64,000 bases of DNA from the human T2T-CHM13v2.0 reference genome, Homo sapiens. Position numbers and translations under genes: made by a program. Positions within the stretch are counted from its first letter, which is position 1. Every line of letters begins with the position of its first letter. Shown here piece after piece: positions 25,141 through 39,619 of the stretch. A model generated the notes under the pieces. The model did no database searches. It was not told where the DNA came from and saw only the letters and a program-made list of their open reading frames with translations. The DNA is taken from the NCBI RefSeq assembly GCF_009914755.1, contig NC_060947.1. One strand, given 5' to 3'.

Positions 25141-28100
25141 CTACAACAAGCAGAAAAATTGCTGTAGAAATTGATATCACAACAGGAGACACATGGTATA
25201 CTATAATTCACAACTTTGGGCAGCTTGGGAATGACGATGTTTACATACCAATTAGGGACTCAAGAAATCCTATAAAGTTTTTCTTCAGGATCCTAGTATT
25301 CAAATTAGCATAAGGATCAGACATGGAATATAATCTCTGAGGTGAATGTTTCAAACAATGTTTGAAGCCCCCTGGGATCACACAATTAGGAGTTGTGCCT
25401 ATCTCAATTACTTTCATACTGTTTCTTTACATGATCCAATGCTAATCAACAATTTACCTGGTTAAAATTTAGTTGGTTTGGTTATGCTCTGAAGAGGACA
25501 CTCCCTTCTTATGTTTTCTGCACTCAGGCAGGAGACTTGTAAAGGAGCTAACAACAAAGGGATTTTTAACCTTCAAAGCCTTAATTAGAAAATAAGAGCA
25601 AATGGTACATTTTTAAAGAGGAACCAGGAATACATATTCTTGTGGGCTTTTGCCTCATTACATTTGTTAATAAGGAATGCCAAAACATGTGCACCAAAAA
25701 GCGTTCAAGGTCTTTTGGTAGTAAATTATACTTGTAAATTTGATGTAAGTTGATCACTTGAAGAACTCACACTCTTTGAAGATTAGAATTCATAAATGTA
25801 TGAAAGAATTAAATGGTTCTTTCCTCTAGTGATATAAAGTATTAAATGACAGAAAAAAATGTGTTCGAAATCAACTGCGGAAATAATTCATTTTGAAAAG
25901 TATTCAATAAAAATGTTAAATGGGAAAAATATGCTAAGCCCGTTTCTGCTGGATGAAGAAGTAAAGCAGAAACATGAAAAGGGCAAATTTAAGGATGATG
26001 GGCTGGGAAATGTCCCATCAGCCTCACAGTTTTACTTTTTGTTATTCAACTATGGCAGTTCTAGGCCCAGTAATCTATTCCATCCCCATAAGACAAAGAA
26101 AAAAAGACTAATTCTGATCAGCAGAAAACTGGATGGCCTCTAGGAACCTTCAAGAGGGCAGTAGCTCCGGATCAAGGAGAAATGAATGCCTTTAAAGAGG
26201 CATCTTAGATTGTTTTGTTAATACATAAAATCCTCTCTCTTTATCATGCAGAAGTCTCATTTCAAAAGGAAAATGCAAGTCAATGAGGATTAGTTTGGCT
26301 CCTCAGAGGTCAGAACTAAATATACAAAAACTAATAATATGACACTGAAATAAACAAGAATGTGGAATTGCTCATCCGAAGGGATGATGTAACTAATATT
26401 GACATAATTTCCAAGCAGAAAAGCAAAACTAGGTCAAAGCACGATGGCCTAACATAATAAGCATTTTTGTTTCCAGATTTTTACCATGTAGGCTGTGTCT
26501 GCAGGCATTAATGTCTTCTGTTATCAATGTTCGGGGCTGTCACAAACAATTCATGTCTTATCACTCTTTGTTAGTTAAACCAAAACAATGTAGTTTATAT
26601 GTGAACCATTCAATTCTGACAGCTGAAATGTTAGAAAGCGGAGAAATATTCAGAAAGTGTCTCTTCCAGACTGAGAAGCATCAAGCAATAAATATTCATT
26701 ATCTAATAGTCTATCATGTTTTTATCTACTCAGAAAGTCATACCCCTCTCAATTAATTATTATGACTGTTTTCCCTCTTTTAGTCAGAGCCGTACAAAAA
26801 GGGCAGCAACAATCTCATTAGGATTTCACTTTAAACATTGACCACTGAAAAGGAACTCAAGTGAATCACTCACCAAATAGCCAATTTTTCTCTACCGCTT
26901 TCCCCATCATATGTTGACTAAAAGAAGTCACGCTTTCTTCTCTCGTCTATTTGTTCCATTTTACCTTCCTGCACTATTTCCTCAAAGCACAGCTGATTAA
27001 TTCATGGGCTAAATGACTCATCTCATTCCCTAAACTTTCTTTTATATAAATATAATCCTCCTAGTTTTTGCTGTCTGACATTTTCATACTTAACTAAAAT
27101 CAGAGCAAAGAATATACACATAAAAGAAGCACAAAACCCAAATATAAGATCATTTAACTATTTGGATTTTTTGGACAGTATTTTCCACTAAAGATGATGT
27201 AGTCTTTCCTGAGTTGCCTCATTATAAACCAACATTCCATTCAAATTGCCTTGGAATTTATTAGCATATTGAATTATAGCACATGACCTGAAAACATCCA
27301 AATTATATCTTAGTAGAAGGCATGTGGTACAGTCACAAAAGAGAATGAGATGGGGAGTCTAGAAGACTTAGCTTCTAGGTGTAGAACCTAAGTCTCCCTC
27401 ATACCTTGCTCCCAGATGGAGGGTAAAGTGTTTCTTGTGCTAAAACGTCAACCCAGAAATGCTAAACTTTAACCAGTATTCTTAGTCTGGATTCCTAATG
27501 TATTTCGTACAGAAGACTTGATCCTATGTAAGTAAATAAATCTCTATTAATAATATTTGGTGGTGCCGTCCATCTATATATTGCTTTATTTGGCCATTCA
27601 TCTACTTATTATTAACTCAGCAGGGCATTCAATGAATTCCATTTTCCCAGTAACATCCCCCTTCCTCCGAATTGTTTGGGGAAGACCACTTCTAAATACA
27701 CACAACCAAAGCAACACTCCAAAACTTGACATAGGACAGATACCACAGTCTACCGCATAGACCCTTTGGTAATATATTAGTCCTGTTGTTTCCATAAACT
27801 ATTAAATGTCCCTGAAATTTCTATTTTGTCATTTTTAACTATAACTTCTGGTCTGTTACACCTACCAGCAATGAAAATGCTTTGTCCGGCACAAATCTTG
27901 AACTTCACTATGAAAAATGTGGCCACCATCTACATGGAGAAGGCTTCAGTCTTCTCTCAGACACGCTATCTCAGTTCTGGAGTAACCTTGGGCATGCCAC
28001 TCACCTGCAAAATTAAACAACTGCACATGGACCTAAGGCCTAAACTATCAGGCTGGGTTCAATGAGAGAAAGCAGCAGATTCTATCTTGGCGATTAGGCT

Positions 28101-28220
28101 TTGAGCTATTGGAGGGCATGACCCATTTCGTAATCATTTCTGCAGAACAATCAAACAGAGGATAAGCCAAGCTGCTTACCATGTTTTGGGTTGTGTTCTT
28201 GCCCAGAACACAACTGAAAG

Positions 28221-28328
<108 letters not shown>

Positions 28329-30413
28329 TATGTGTATATAAATGGACTATATATATATAAAACCATATACATATAGTTCAGTAATCATAACCTATGCTAA
28401 TTTTCTCTACTACTGATCTATTTAGTCCTTGCTGTTTCCCGGACCTTTCTAATGCCCTTTCTTCTTCATATCCCTTCGGATTTTAAGGAGCATTTTCCAT
28501 TCTCTTTTTTACTAAAATTCACCCAGCATGTGCCTGTAGAACACTTAATGATTCTTATTGTGTGCCAGACACTGGGCTTGGGTCTGGGGATTCAAAGGTA
28601 ATTAATATGTGACTCTTGCTCTGGAGTAACTCAGTTCCAAGATAAGCAGACAAACGAGTAGAAATATATACACCAACTCAAATACTCGTGTGGATAAGAG
28701 GATGCTACAGCTATTTTCTTTCCATTTATTCTAATCCAAGTAGACAGTGCTCAGCATACAAAGAGCATACTTACAAACAACCCAAACCCACAAACGCCAT
28801 AATTCCCTCTCAACTGGGGGCCTGTGGCTCCCTGGCTGTTACTCACAAAGACCCTAGTGGGTCCAGAAGTTCAGGCAGGTTGCTGAGAAAGAACAAATGA
28901 AGAGGTCTGACCCACGGGCAGACACACCAGCAAGTTCTGTCTGCCAAAGGCATGGCCCTGCCCCCAAATATTGTCCCTGAAAGGAAAATCATGTGTTTTG
29001 TAGCTCCAGGCTCCACTGCTTGAAATTTCCCCAATTAAAGATTCATCCTAAGGGTTAAAGGGATAAGAGTCATGAGCTTTGGCTCACCCATATTACTTCT
29101 TTCCTGCCATGTGGTAGAGACCATTGACTAAAGGAAACAGGAGAGTGGTTTGGAGGTGGGGAAGGGAAGGGTGGGAAGATGAACAATTATGAATTCACTA
29201 TATATTAGGACAGGCCTGGGGGAGATGCCCCAGTGAGACCAGAAGACATCAGAAGGATGGAGAAAGAAAGGTGAAAACTAGTACGAACTTCCTATTTCAA
29301 ATATTGCCATGACTGGCCTATTACCAAAAGTATGCCAATTCTTTCTCCTTCTGTTTCCATCCTGTATAACACAGTGGCATGTCCTCAAAACACAGAACTT
29401 GATCTCACATTAATCAGATTGATTATTTTTCGCTGGAAAATGCTCTGGGTTTCAAACAACAAACTCCTAAAACATAAAGTATTCCTAGATTGGGGACTAC
29501 CTATGAGTTACTTTTCTCTATTGAGAAAAATAAATTACTATTTAATAATTATGAGAAATCTGCTTTATGTAAGAAGTCATAAATTTCTACAAATGGACAT
29601 GTGGGCTAAAAATCAACTAAATTTCACAATTACAAATCACTTCTCAAGTCTCCTAAGTTCAGTAAGGTTTTGGATACCATCAGTTTTTCAAGTGGATCCC
29701 TACCCATACAAATATAGATATTAATGAGCATCCATTTTGACCATGGAAAAACCTACATTATGCTACTGGTACAATAAATTGTACACCAGATCAAAAGTTC
29801 TTTGAGGGCAGGGGCCTTACCAAAGTCATATTTGGAACCCAGAAAGTGCCCTGGCACATTAATAATCACGTATAATGTGGCAGAATATATTAATTCTGTG
29901 AGTGCTCAGTAAATGTCATTGAATAATATAAGAAAGGAAGGACAGCCTTTATATTATATTCATCATAAACACTGGACTGAATATAAGACCTTCAACATCC
30001 ACTTGTACTACAAATGATCAGCACCTCTTCCATGTTTACTCAGAACCTCTCTTTCATAGCGCAAAGCAGGTAAGTTATTTTCTTTGGTCTGGTTTGTTTT
30101 TTCAGGAAAGTCCCCTCTTGGCATTTTGTTCTGCGCCTCAATTTTCTGTGCTCCTACTATCACCTGACCTCCTGGAGGCCATTAACCATCCTGATCTTGT
30201 GTCAATGGAATATTTTCCTCCAGAGGGGGAAAAATATTTCGGATCCAGATGGCTCCCTAATATTGTGTCCTTTTTAGTTTAAAGAAATTTTTATAACATG
30301 CCAGCTCATAAAACTGGGCAAACAAATTTCTAGAACAAAACCGCTGAGCTCACTTTTGTGTGAAATCAAAGGAATTGATAATGAGCCAGAATCTTCCCGA
30401 TAAACTGCCTTAC

Positions 30414-30720
30414 ATGTAAACGGAGATTAGATTGCTGTTTGACCTGGCTTTATCGCCCTTTCTTTAATCACAGCGTATTTGATATTCTCTTCCTTGAATG
30501 AACTCATTTTCATAGTAGCTTTGGTCACAAGATTAAAGAATCGCTAACTAATTGTTCCAAATAAGCAGAGCAATTCTCTCTGACTCTGCCTCGGGCTCCC
30601 TGCAGTGAAGTCCGCTGCCTGATCTTCCGACCACGGGAACTTCAAGCCTGACCCCTGCAGGTAGATAACTGAAATGCACACCTCTAATCAGATCCTGGTC
30701 TTTCAAAGTCCCATCAAGTT
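30414..30720 (-). other. Candidate internal exon, probably non-coding
   Basis: Acceptor TTTTTATTTTCAG|AAC at 30721/30720 and donor CAT|GTAAGG at 30414/30413, in unique sequence. Prediction only. Confidence 0.4.
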
Positions 30721-33700
30721 CTGAAAATAAAAACGTTCATACTTAGTACAATAGGGATATTGATGATATTTATATGATATATTGTACTTCCTTTTCATTG
30801 TATAAATTGCTTTTGGAAAGTAGCAACCACTTGTTTAAAAATAATTAAATTACGTCTGCAAGATACTCTGGTGCGCTTAGCCATTACTTCTTTTTGCCTA
30901 TTGAGAAAAATCCAAATGATTTGATTGAACTGGGATCCTCAAATCATGTGGGTTAAAAATGTCCTGATTTGCCCCTACCTTTTTCTAATCAAACAAATTA
31001 CTCTTTGTCCAGTAACTAAATCCCCTCCTTTCACCAACGCACAGCCCAGGTTGCCATAGCTACCTTGGATGTCTATTTACCACACAAACGATCAAAGCCA
31101 GGAGACATCCACATATGCACTTAGCCTTAAAACTTGCTGGAATGTCTGTGGATAACATGCAACTACCAATTAACGGATTTGCTTGTAGCCTATGCGGTCT
31201 ACAGCCAAGCGAACTAAAAACATGACTCAAAAAAATTATTTCAAAATGACCAACAAGGATCTTTAAACTGACAGCAAGTCTTATGATTATAACATTTGCT
31301 GAAAGAGAGATAGCAGAGAAGAAATTAAAATTTTAACATATGTTGAAGACACTGAGCTCTATAAACCATGTGCAAAAACTTAAAACATCTGTTGAAAGGG
31401 AACATTTCTCAGATGCATATTTAAAATTCCAGTTAGTTACTGTATCTTTCTATTAGATTTCATAAAAGCTGCCTGATCTCAATGTTGGGAGAAATGAGAA
31501 CAGAACTGCCTTTTGAACTGTTAAGAGTCTGGACTTTCAAATGAAGGAAACCATACAACATACTTGGGACACAATATACTTGCCAGTTACAGAATGATAA
31601 GAAAAAGAATGTCGTAAGAGAGATTCTGTTTTAATCCCTAGAATGCCATTTGAGATCCTAAACCTGCACAGGTAGTCTTTCTGGGTGGGTGAGTATTCAT
31701 CCCCAGACTTGCCCCTAACTTGCTGTGTCTCTTTATACTTAACCTTTCTCTGCCTTCGTCTCACCATTTGTTCAATGAGGATCAAATTGCCACCTCATTC
31801 TCTCCTGGGGATGTGGCAGAGAATAAATAGATCGTGTTTGTAAAGGACTTTCTAATCCTCAGAGGAAAGATTAATACGAAGACTTTCATTATTAAGCCAG
31901 ATGTCCTTGGGCATTTTAATTCCAATCTAAAGAATGCAGAACGGGCTAACCAAACAGATTCACGGCTTCCTTGAAACAGCAGCATCCTGGCCTTGCAAGA
32001 ATTTAGCAGCTACGTGACTTACTTTGTTTTAGTAGATCAGAAATACATCATGCACCTTCTTCCCTTAGAGTTTTTTTTCTAAAGTTATCAGGATGTTAAA
32101 AACACAAAATATGTCTAGTAGGCAATTTTGCCTAGAGAATCTGATTTTTCCCCCAGCTCAAGAATGAACTATTTGTTCTTCTTGTGTGTAGGGACAATGG
32201 GTGGCTTGCCATGTGGGGAGGATATATGCAGTTGCGGGAATGCCACAGGCAAACCTGTTGTTTTCGGCCAGGCTTCTAGAACAGGTGGCCATGCTTTTCC
32301 TTTTGCCTGGGAACAGAGCAAATTCCTTCTCAAGGAAGGTTCATAAAAGTTTCCCGTTTATGATCAGAGGGCAGAGACAGGTTGGCACATATTTTAAAAT
32401 TACTTCCTGATCAAGGTGAATCAGATTTACACTTTTCTTTGGCCTAACTCAGCCGTGGCCTTAGGAACCCTCAAAGAATACTATCCTTCTACACCTGAAG
32501 TGGTGGCTTCAGGAATGTTCCTTTTCTGCCAACCTGGCAGAAGCCCAAACCCCTCTGAATCTTATAGCTAGGCAAACAGCCTTCTAATTCTGCGGGCAAT
32601 TTCTGGCTACCCAGAATTTCTGGCTATCAGTGGCAGGCAGGGGTCTCTTCTGGGCTGCCACACCAGTGTACAACATTTGTGCAGCCCTAGGGACAGATCA
32701 CTCATCAGCAAAGAGATCCAATTTCATTGCTGAGCTGATGACACACAGGTCTGTTTGATAGTTAACCCTGTAAATCCAGCTGGAGCTGCCGGGCTGAGAT
32801 GACAAATTGGCTGGTGAATTCGACTCACCCTGCCTGGATGCAACAGTCAGGTTTCCCCAAGAGAAACTCAAATAAAGTAGGGATTAACCCATGCCAATAA
32901 CACTGCCATCTCATTCCTCCCTACATTCTTGTTCTGACTGCAGTGGAACAACATGCTAGATTCTGGAAACTGTCCTCGTTCTTTGGATGAACAATGATCC
33001 TGTCTCTCTCCTTCATCTCCTCCCCTGTTCCATCCCACCCTCTTTCAAAGTTCTGAACAGGCCAAAAAAATTAGTAGACATACGTAGCTGTGAGATGAAA
33101 AGTTGCCCATTCATTAAATAACTAAGGAGTTCACTATATGTGTACTTGTACCCCTAAAATTTCAATACTGGGCTGTTTTCCAACTTCACGTAAATGCCAC
33201 AACAAACTAGGCATGGGAAAAACCATTCCAAGCTGGGGGAAGCAAACCTTAGGCATAAGGCACGGAGACTGCCATGGTTCCTGAGGAATTGTGTGGGAAC
33301 AGGGATTCTGGAAATTGAGCTCAGACACCACCGAGGAGAGGACAGGTGGCTCTGCACAGGATCAAATAACTTCTTTGTTCCAGCTAAGGACCTTTGTCAA
33401 AAATGTTTTGCGTTCCTCTTTTTCCTTTTCAATCCTTTCCAATTACCCTTCTCCTTCCTTTTCCTCATCCCACTTTAGTAGACATTAAAAGTATGAGGTT
33501 GGACTGTGAGTTTGCAGAACTTAAAGACGTCCTCCCCACAGTCCCTACCAAGGCAAGGGCAATTCATTGCAAGCAGACGGCACTTGCTCCTCCGCAAGTG
33601 TTTTTCTGCACTCACTGAAACTTGCCAAGCCTGCTTGCTGAGCGAACAAGCGAGGGGGCAAGAAGGCGGAGGGTTTGCGCTGACCATTCGAAGGGGGCTC

Positions 33701-34489
33701 TGCTTCATCTCCCAAGGCTGTGGGAAAGGGACAGAAAGTTCGAAACCCCTCCCCTGCGCTCTTAAATGGAAAGCTCACTTCCCCCAAAGTGTGCAGGGTG
33801 GCGAGCACCCAACCCACTTAGAAGAAAAAGTGAAGAGCTTTTCCGGTTGCGATACAGATGCTAACTTTCCCATCCAGATTTATTCAGAGCTGGTAAAAGC
33901 AATAGCATTCCTCTTGAAATCCCTGCCCTTCCAAGCCTATTGGCATGTTTTTCCAGCCTTGTTTTCTCCTTATATGAGTATTGTTCTTGATATTTAAATA
34001 TTGACATAAAATTCTTCCATAACTTTGATTGAGTTGTAAATCACACCCTCTCCTTGGCTTCCTACATCCACTTTTTCTTTCCTTTTCTTGCTTAACAGCA
34101 AAGCTATAAACCTCTTCCTGGACTGATAAGGAATTTTATCATCATGCCCCAGAGCCACAGAAGAAGCTGTTGGTTTAGAATTCTTTTCAAAGACTCATTT
34201 AAGTAATCCCCCAGCCCTTTCTCCGCTCACTACTTTCAGGGCTGCCTTCTCACGTCCAGAAGCAATACAGTTTCCAAACTGCTAGAACAGAAAAACAAAT
34301 TTGCATTTTTCTGGAAGGACTGTCTGTGCTCATTTCAAGCTGGTTCCGCCTTCTCCGCCAGAAACACAGTAAGTGCTCAGAATGCGAAACCAAAATGAGA
34401 TAAGAGGCCCCGTGAAATTCTTTTTCAGGACATTCAGCTGTCTTTATTCTAGCCCAAAGCATAGGGTAGAGGCACTAAAAGCTCGAGAT

Positions 34490-35240
34490 ACATCCTGCAC
34501 GATACATTCCAGCGGCCGCAAACTGGAATTGATTTACATATATTCTACAAACTGCTTGTAAGCCCTTTACAACGACTGCCTGACATCAACCACAATTAGA
34601 GGCAAAAGTGGGGGCGGGTGGCGAGGACCAGACCGGGGTGGCTCAGGTAAAATGTGCTTCTTTGGTTGTCTTAGGAAAATGCAGCCCCGTCTTTCCGCCA
34701 AACGCATCGACTACGGCCAGGCGCCTGCTAACCCAGCAAGCTCTCCGCAGTAACACGTCGCAGGGGTCCCGGGCGGCGCCCGCCCCCTCCGCCGCCAGCG
34801 CAACCGCCTGAGCTTACCTGCCTCATGTTTAGAATCCCATGACCCATCCGGCAGGGAGCGAGCTGCATCGGAGCCCGCGTCGCAGTCTTCAGAGCGGAAA
34901 CACCGAACCCGACAGGAGCCCGCAAGACAAAAGCAACCCGGCGAAATCTACGGGCAGCAAAGAGCACGTTTTCGTCCTCTTTTTCTTTGATCTGTTGCTA
35001 CACGCACTCTGCTCGAGACAATGTCAAGTTTCTCAACCTTTTCTCCCCCAGCCTATGAAAAGTCGGTCGCAGGGAAGCGAGGACCGCCTGGCTCTTATTT
35101 CAAATCAGTTCTCAGAGACGTTGTAGGTGGCTGGCTTGGGCCGCGGAGGAGCTTCGCCAATCAGAAGCAAGGGGGTGGGTCCTGGGAGCCAGAAAGGCTG
35201 CCTCCGCGAGGATTAGGGGCGCTTTCGGGATTCAAATGAC
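34490..35240. promoter_or_regulatory. CpG island / probable promoter
   Basis: Dense CpG in non-repeat sequence, NotI site GCGGCCGC near 34512, GC box GGGGCGGG near 34610, and CCAATCAG at about 35157. Confidence 0.85.
34818..35050 (-). ncRNA. Candidate first exon of a minus-strand transcript (TSS approximate, identity unknown)
   Basis: Consensus donor CAG|GTAAGC at 34818/34817 inside the CpG island, with a CCAAT box upstream on this strand. Non-coding status is an inference. Confidence 0.5.
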
Positions 35241-36360
35241 TGGAAGCAGCTGGAAACAATGTCCAAAGCTCCAAAAGTAAAGGATGAGTTCTATTCTTAT
35301 CTAACAGCTCTAGTTCTGCTAAAAGCTTAACTAGCTAAGGGCCTTAAATCCTTGCATTTTAAGAGCTCCCTAACAGCATTAAAACATTTGGAAGGTGCAA
35401 AATTATTTCAGCCAGAAAAGTTCAACACTCAGGACCCAAGGGTATTTTTAAAAGGATATCTTGCACTGAAGCCCTACTTTTGCAAAAGACTGGAAAGGAA
35501 ACCAAATTGTTATGAGTAACACCTTAACTAAAACGAACAATCCAGAAAGGAGGGTGTTACCTACCTCATCTGCATATAGATTAACTGTATATTCAATTTA
35601 AGAAAAATAAATCTTAATGGGAACGTGCACACAATTTTTTTGAAATGCAGCAAATGAACAAGAATCTTTACCTACTGAAGGCCCGAGGCATAATTTCAAA
35701 TAACACTATTGTCATAGAACAATACACACTGACATTTTGTTCAGAAAAAAAAAAATTTAGTGCATCCACCTTTCTCTATGGTTTGGCTTCCCTACAGGGT
35801 TGATCTGTTGAACTTATTAACAGGGACAAGCTGGACATCACCTTGGCAGGATTGCAGGAGAGCTGGAGAAGTAGTTGGCTTCTTAGAAACAAACTCAGAC
35901 CAAAAAAAATTTCCAAAGTTTGCTTTCTTAACTCCATATAAGCAATAACTTTTTTCAACTCTTAGCCAACATGATTTTAATGTAAATCTACCTTCTGGAT
36001 TTCAAGAAAGTGCAAGTTGAGCAAAGAGTACTTTGTGTAGAACTAATGGCATATTTTCCCCCAAGAAATGACCGCAATTTTGTGACGATAATTCAATAAA
36101 GATTTTAAATGTGTTGGTATCAGAGGAAAAAAAATTACTTAGCAAATAATGCATTGGTGGCTTCAGGAGTGTCAGCTGCATGGGTTCAATACATGTGAGC
36201 TCTGCCCAGTTCTGTGAAAATTTGGTGGTCCGATAACTGGGCCTGGAAGCCCATAACGCTAGCCCCCTGCCTGAGTAGCCTAAGGAGCCACCTAGTGACA
36301 CAAACTGACTTCAGTCCACTTCTTGTACTTTTCCTTGAGAGCCCTTCATATGATGGAGTT

Positions 36361-36560
36361 CAGGATTTCTCAATCTCAGCACTATTGACATTTTGGGCAG
36401 GATAATTCTTTGTCGTGAGGGCTGTCCTGTGCACTGTAAGATGTGTAGCAGCATCCCTGGATTCTGCACACTAGATGCCAGTAGCACCCCCACAATCGTG
36501 ATGACCAATAATGTCTCCAGACATTACCAAATGTCTCCTGGGTGATGAAATCACGCTTTG
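36361..36560 (-). mobile_element. MER20
   Basis: CAGGATTTCTCAATCTCAGCACTATTGACATTTTGGGC is the reverse MER20 end. Confidence 0.88.
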
Positions 36561-36564
36561 AAAG

Positions 36565-36735
36565 GGTGGTTCTTAAACTTGAGGGTGCAAGGAAACCTCT
36601 GGGGAGATTGTTAAAAATGCAAATCTCCAGGCCCCTGCACCAAAATAATCTGATTCAGTAGGTTTGCTGAGGAGCCTGAGAATCAGCATTTTATCCCACT
36701 GACAAAGGACTCTGATTTACTTTGAGAAATATTGC
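36565..36735. mobile_element. MER5-type hAT MITE
   Basis: GTGGTTCTTAAACTT...TTGTTAAAAATGCAAAT...TTTGAGAAATATTG. Confidence 0.75.
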
Positions 36736-37077
36736 GTCTATCCCAGCCCTAGGTATGCCCCAGCCACAGGACACAGGAAGCTACCCAGGGCTCCTGCCAT
36801 TAAATACTGGAGCTTAATCCCATGGCACATCTGTTTATCACCTTCAGTAGAAGCTACAACTGCGTCTGCCTTCTGCTTTCATCACCTCAAAGGTAAATAT
36901 GAGCTGGGATTTCCTCTCTCAAGGACTGAGCCCTTTTAATGTTCCTTCCATTTTTATTCTCCTTTGACTCACTCACCAACTATCCAACAATCTCAAATGT
37001 CACCACTCATTCGTGATTTCCCCAAATGCCCCAAGAAAAATTAATCCCTTCCATCTTCTATGCCCTTAAAGCAAAAT

Positions 37078-37303
37078 ACCCTTATAAAAGAGGTTTCAGA
37101 GAGCCTATTTGCCCCTTCTGCCATGTGAGGACACAGCAACAAGGAGCCACTGATGAAGCAGAGAGCCCTCGCCAGACACCAAATCTGCTGGCACCTTGAT
37201 CTTGGATTTACCTGCCTCCAGAACTACGAGAAATAATTGTCTGTTGTTTATAAATGACCCAGTCTAAGGTACAGTATTTTGTTATAGCAGCCTGAACTAA
37301 CAC
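37078..37303 (+). mobile_element. MaLR LTR 3' half (MST/MLT1A-like)
   Basis: GCCATGTGAGGACACAGC...CTTGATCTTGGA..CCTCCAGAACT...TTGTTATAGCAGC. Confidence 0.85.
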
Positions 37304-37489
37304 AGTGCCATAAAATATGCTGCCTCCATGTTTCAGAAAACCTCTAAAAAAAATGAAAGGTGGGGATACACAAAGTCTTTTTCATTTACAAATAAACAAA
37401 TGGAAATGTTTAAAATTCTGAATGAAATAAATGGTCCTTTGGAGAATGTTCATTGAGTGAGGATTTGATCCACCTATTAGAAACAGTGA

Positions 37490-37885
37490 GGCCCGGTGAG
37501 GTGGCTCACACCTGTAATCCTAGAACTTTTGAAGGCCGAGGAGGGCGGATGATCGCTTGAGCTCAGGAGTTTGAGACCAGCCTGGGCAACATGGTGAAAT
37601 GCTGTCTCTACAAAAAAAAAAAAAAAAAAATAGCTGGGCATGGTGGTGTGTGCCTGTAGTCTCAGGTACTTGGGGAGCTAAGACAGGAGGATCACTTGAA
37701 CCCAGGAGGTCGAGGCTGCAGTGAGCCTAGGTTGTGCCACTGCACTCCAGCCTGGGCGACAAATAAGACCCCGAAAAAAAAGAAAAAAAAATAAAGAAAG
37801 GAAAGAAAGAAAGAAAAGAAAGAGAGAAAGAAAGAAGGAAGGAAGGAAGGAAGGAAGGAAGGAAGGGAAAAAGAAAAGAAAGGTG
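37490..37885 (+). mobile_element. AluJ with a tail expanded into (GAAA)n/(GGAA)n
   Basis: Dimeric Alu with J-type GATCGCTTGAGCTCAGG; purine-rich tail at 37773-37885. Confidence 0.88.
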
Positions 37886-39103
37886 AAGTGAGTAAAAGAG
37901 CTTGCTCTACCAAACGAACAGATGTTCTGTTCCCAAATCTGTGATTAAACATGTTTGCAAATATTAGCTGAAGGGATGTTGGAAGTTTTGAAAGCTCTTC
38001 TTCAAAAAAAGCAGCCTAGTCGATAATCTTGTTAGTTATGTGCGGGTTTGGTTATTAACAGACCTTGTAGCAAACCTAACATAGGTTCTGGGTGGATAGT
38101 CCTGGACAGGCAGCGCTACTCAGACATGGACAGGCATTGCTGTGGCGCCCTTGGACGATACCTAACAGTATTTGTGCCACCTCTCTCAGTGATCTCATAG
38201 ATCAAAGAACATGGAGTGAATGTTTGTGTAAGTAAAAAATGGCTGAATATCAGCAATTTCACATAGGTTATTTTAATGTGTGTCAGGACACATCAAAAGT
38301 CAATGAAAATCAAGCTGAAGTTGTCTATGCAGCCACCTGGACAGTGCCCAGTACAAGTGCACAGACTTTGGGAGCTATGAAAAGAGCATGTTTATTCTCC
38401 CTCAGAGGTTTCAGAAATCCAGTTGTTTTATTATCGGGACAGAGGGAAATGTATGGAATACCGTGTTCGAAGTGATTAGTAAAGGTAATTTAAGTTGACA
38501 ACAACATGAGTCCCCACTTAGAAAAAAAAATCTCATCTATAATTCTTATAGAAAGTCACAAAAAGAGAAAAAAGTTTCTACTTCCTGTGTACAGGTACTC
38601 CTTAAATTAGTTTCTTTCAGTTGGTTAAGGGAAACAATGTGGCATACCACAAGGATGGGCCAAATAAGACTTGGAGTCAGTTTTCTGTGCTGACTTGGTC
38701 ACTAACTGGCTAATAGACCTCAGATAAGCCAGTTGATACCTCTAAGCCCAAGATTTCTCAGGGGACAATTGCACAGCTTGAATAAATTCATATATTGGGA
38801 AGTGTGCCCAGTGCAATCGCTATTGCTTGTTGTGTAAATGTGTTGGATGACCAACACTGGAAAGAAGGGAAAAAATCTATGTAGTCAGAAATGTACCCTA
38901 AGCTTGTTGTTTCCTCACTAGAAAATTAAGGAATCAAAGCAAATCATGTCATTTTTAATGTTAATTAAACCTTACTATTTAATAATTCTATGCTTTTAAA
39001 GGTGAAATATTTTAACAGCATCTAGTTTGTCTTAAGATTAAATATAGCAGATTCTTCATTATCTGCCCTTGAGTAATCTGGTAAATGGTTTATGCATGAA
39101 TTT

Positions 39104-39402
39104 TTAAGATTTTTATTTTATTTCATTTAACTTTATTACTTTTTTAAAATTTTTTTGAAACAGGGTCTCACTCTGCTGCCTAGGCTGGAGTGCAGTGGCA
39201 TAATCTCGGCTCACTGCACCCTCAACCGTCTGGACTCAAGTGATTCTCCCACCTCAGCCTCCTGAGTAGCTGGCACCACAGGTGCATGTCACCATGCCTG
39301 GCTAATATTTTTTACTAATTTGTAGAGATGGGGGTCTTGCTATGTTGCCCAGGCTGGTCTTGAACTCCTGGGCTCAAGTGATCCTCCTGCTTCAGCCGCC
39401 AA
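39104..39402 (-). mobile_element. AluJ, 5'-truncated
   Basis: TSD AAATGGTTTATGCATGAATTT at 39083-39103 and 39403-39423. Confidence 0.9.
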
Positions 39403-39619
39403 AAATGGTTTATGCATGAATTTACCAAGGGCTTGTTATATCCTCCTCCTGTGGTCAAAATCTCCACTCCCAATTGAACTTTCTACTTCATTTCAATACA
39501 ATAATATCATACTTCCCAAGAATAATTCTTCAATTTCTGTCATTTATTTTTTACTATAATTTTTTATTTAAATTTAAAGAGGAAAATTATTTAAATTAAT
39601 TATTTTTTAAGTGATTGCC

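Noticed and set aside
33506-33997. Longest non-repeat ORF (163 aa)
   Set aside because: Non-ATG start, no recognisable domain, and overlapping ORFs in several frames as expected in GC-richer DNA.
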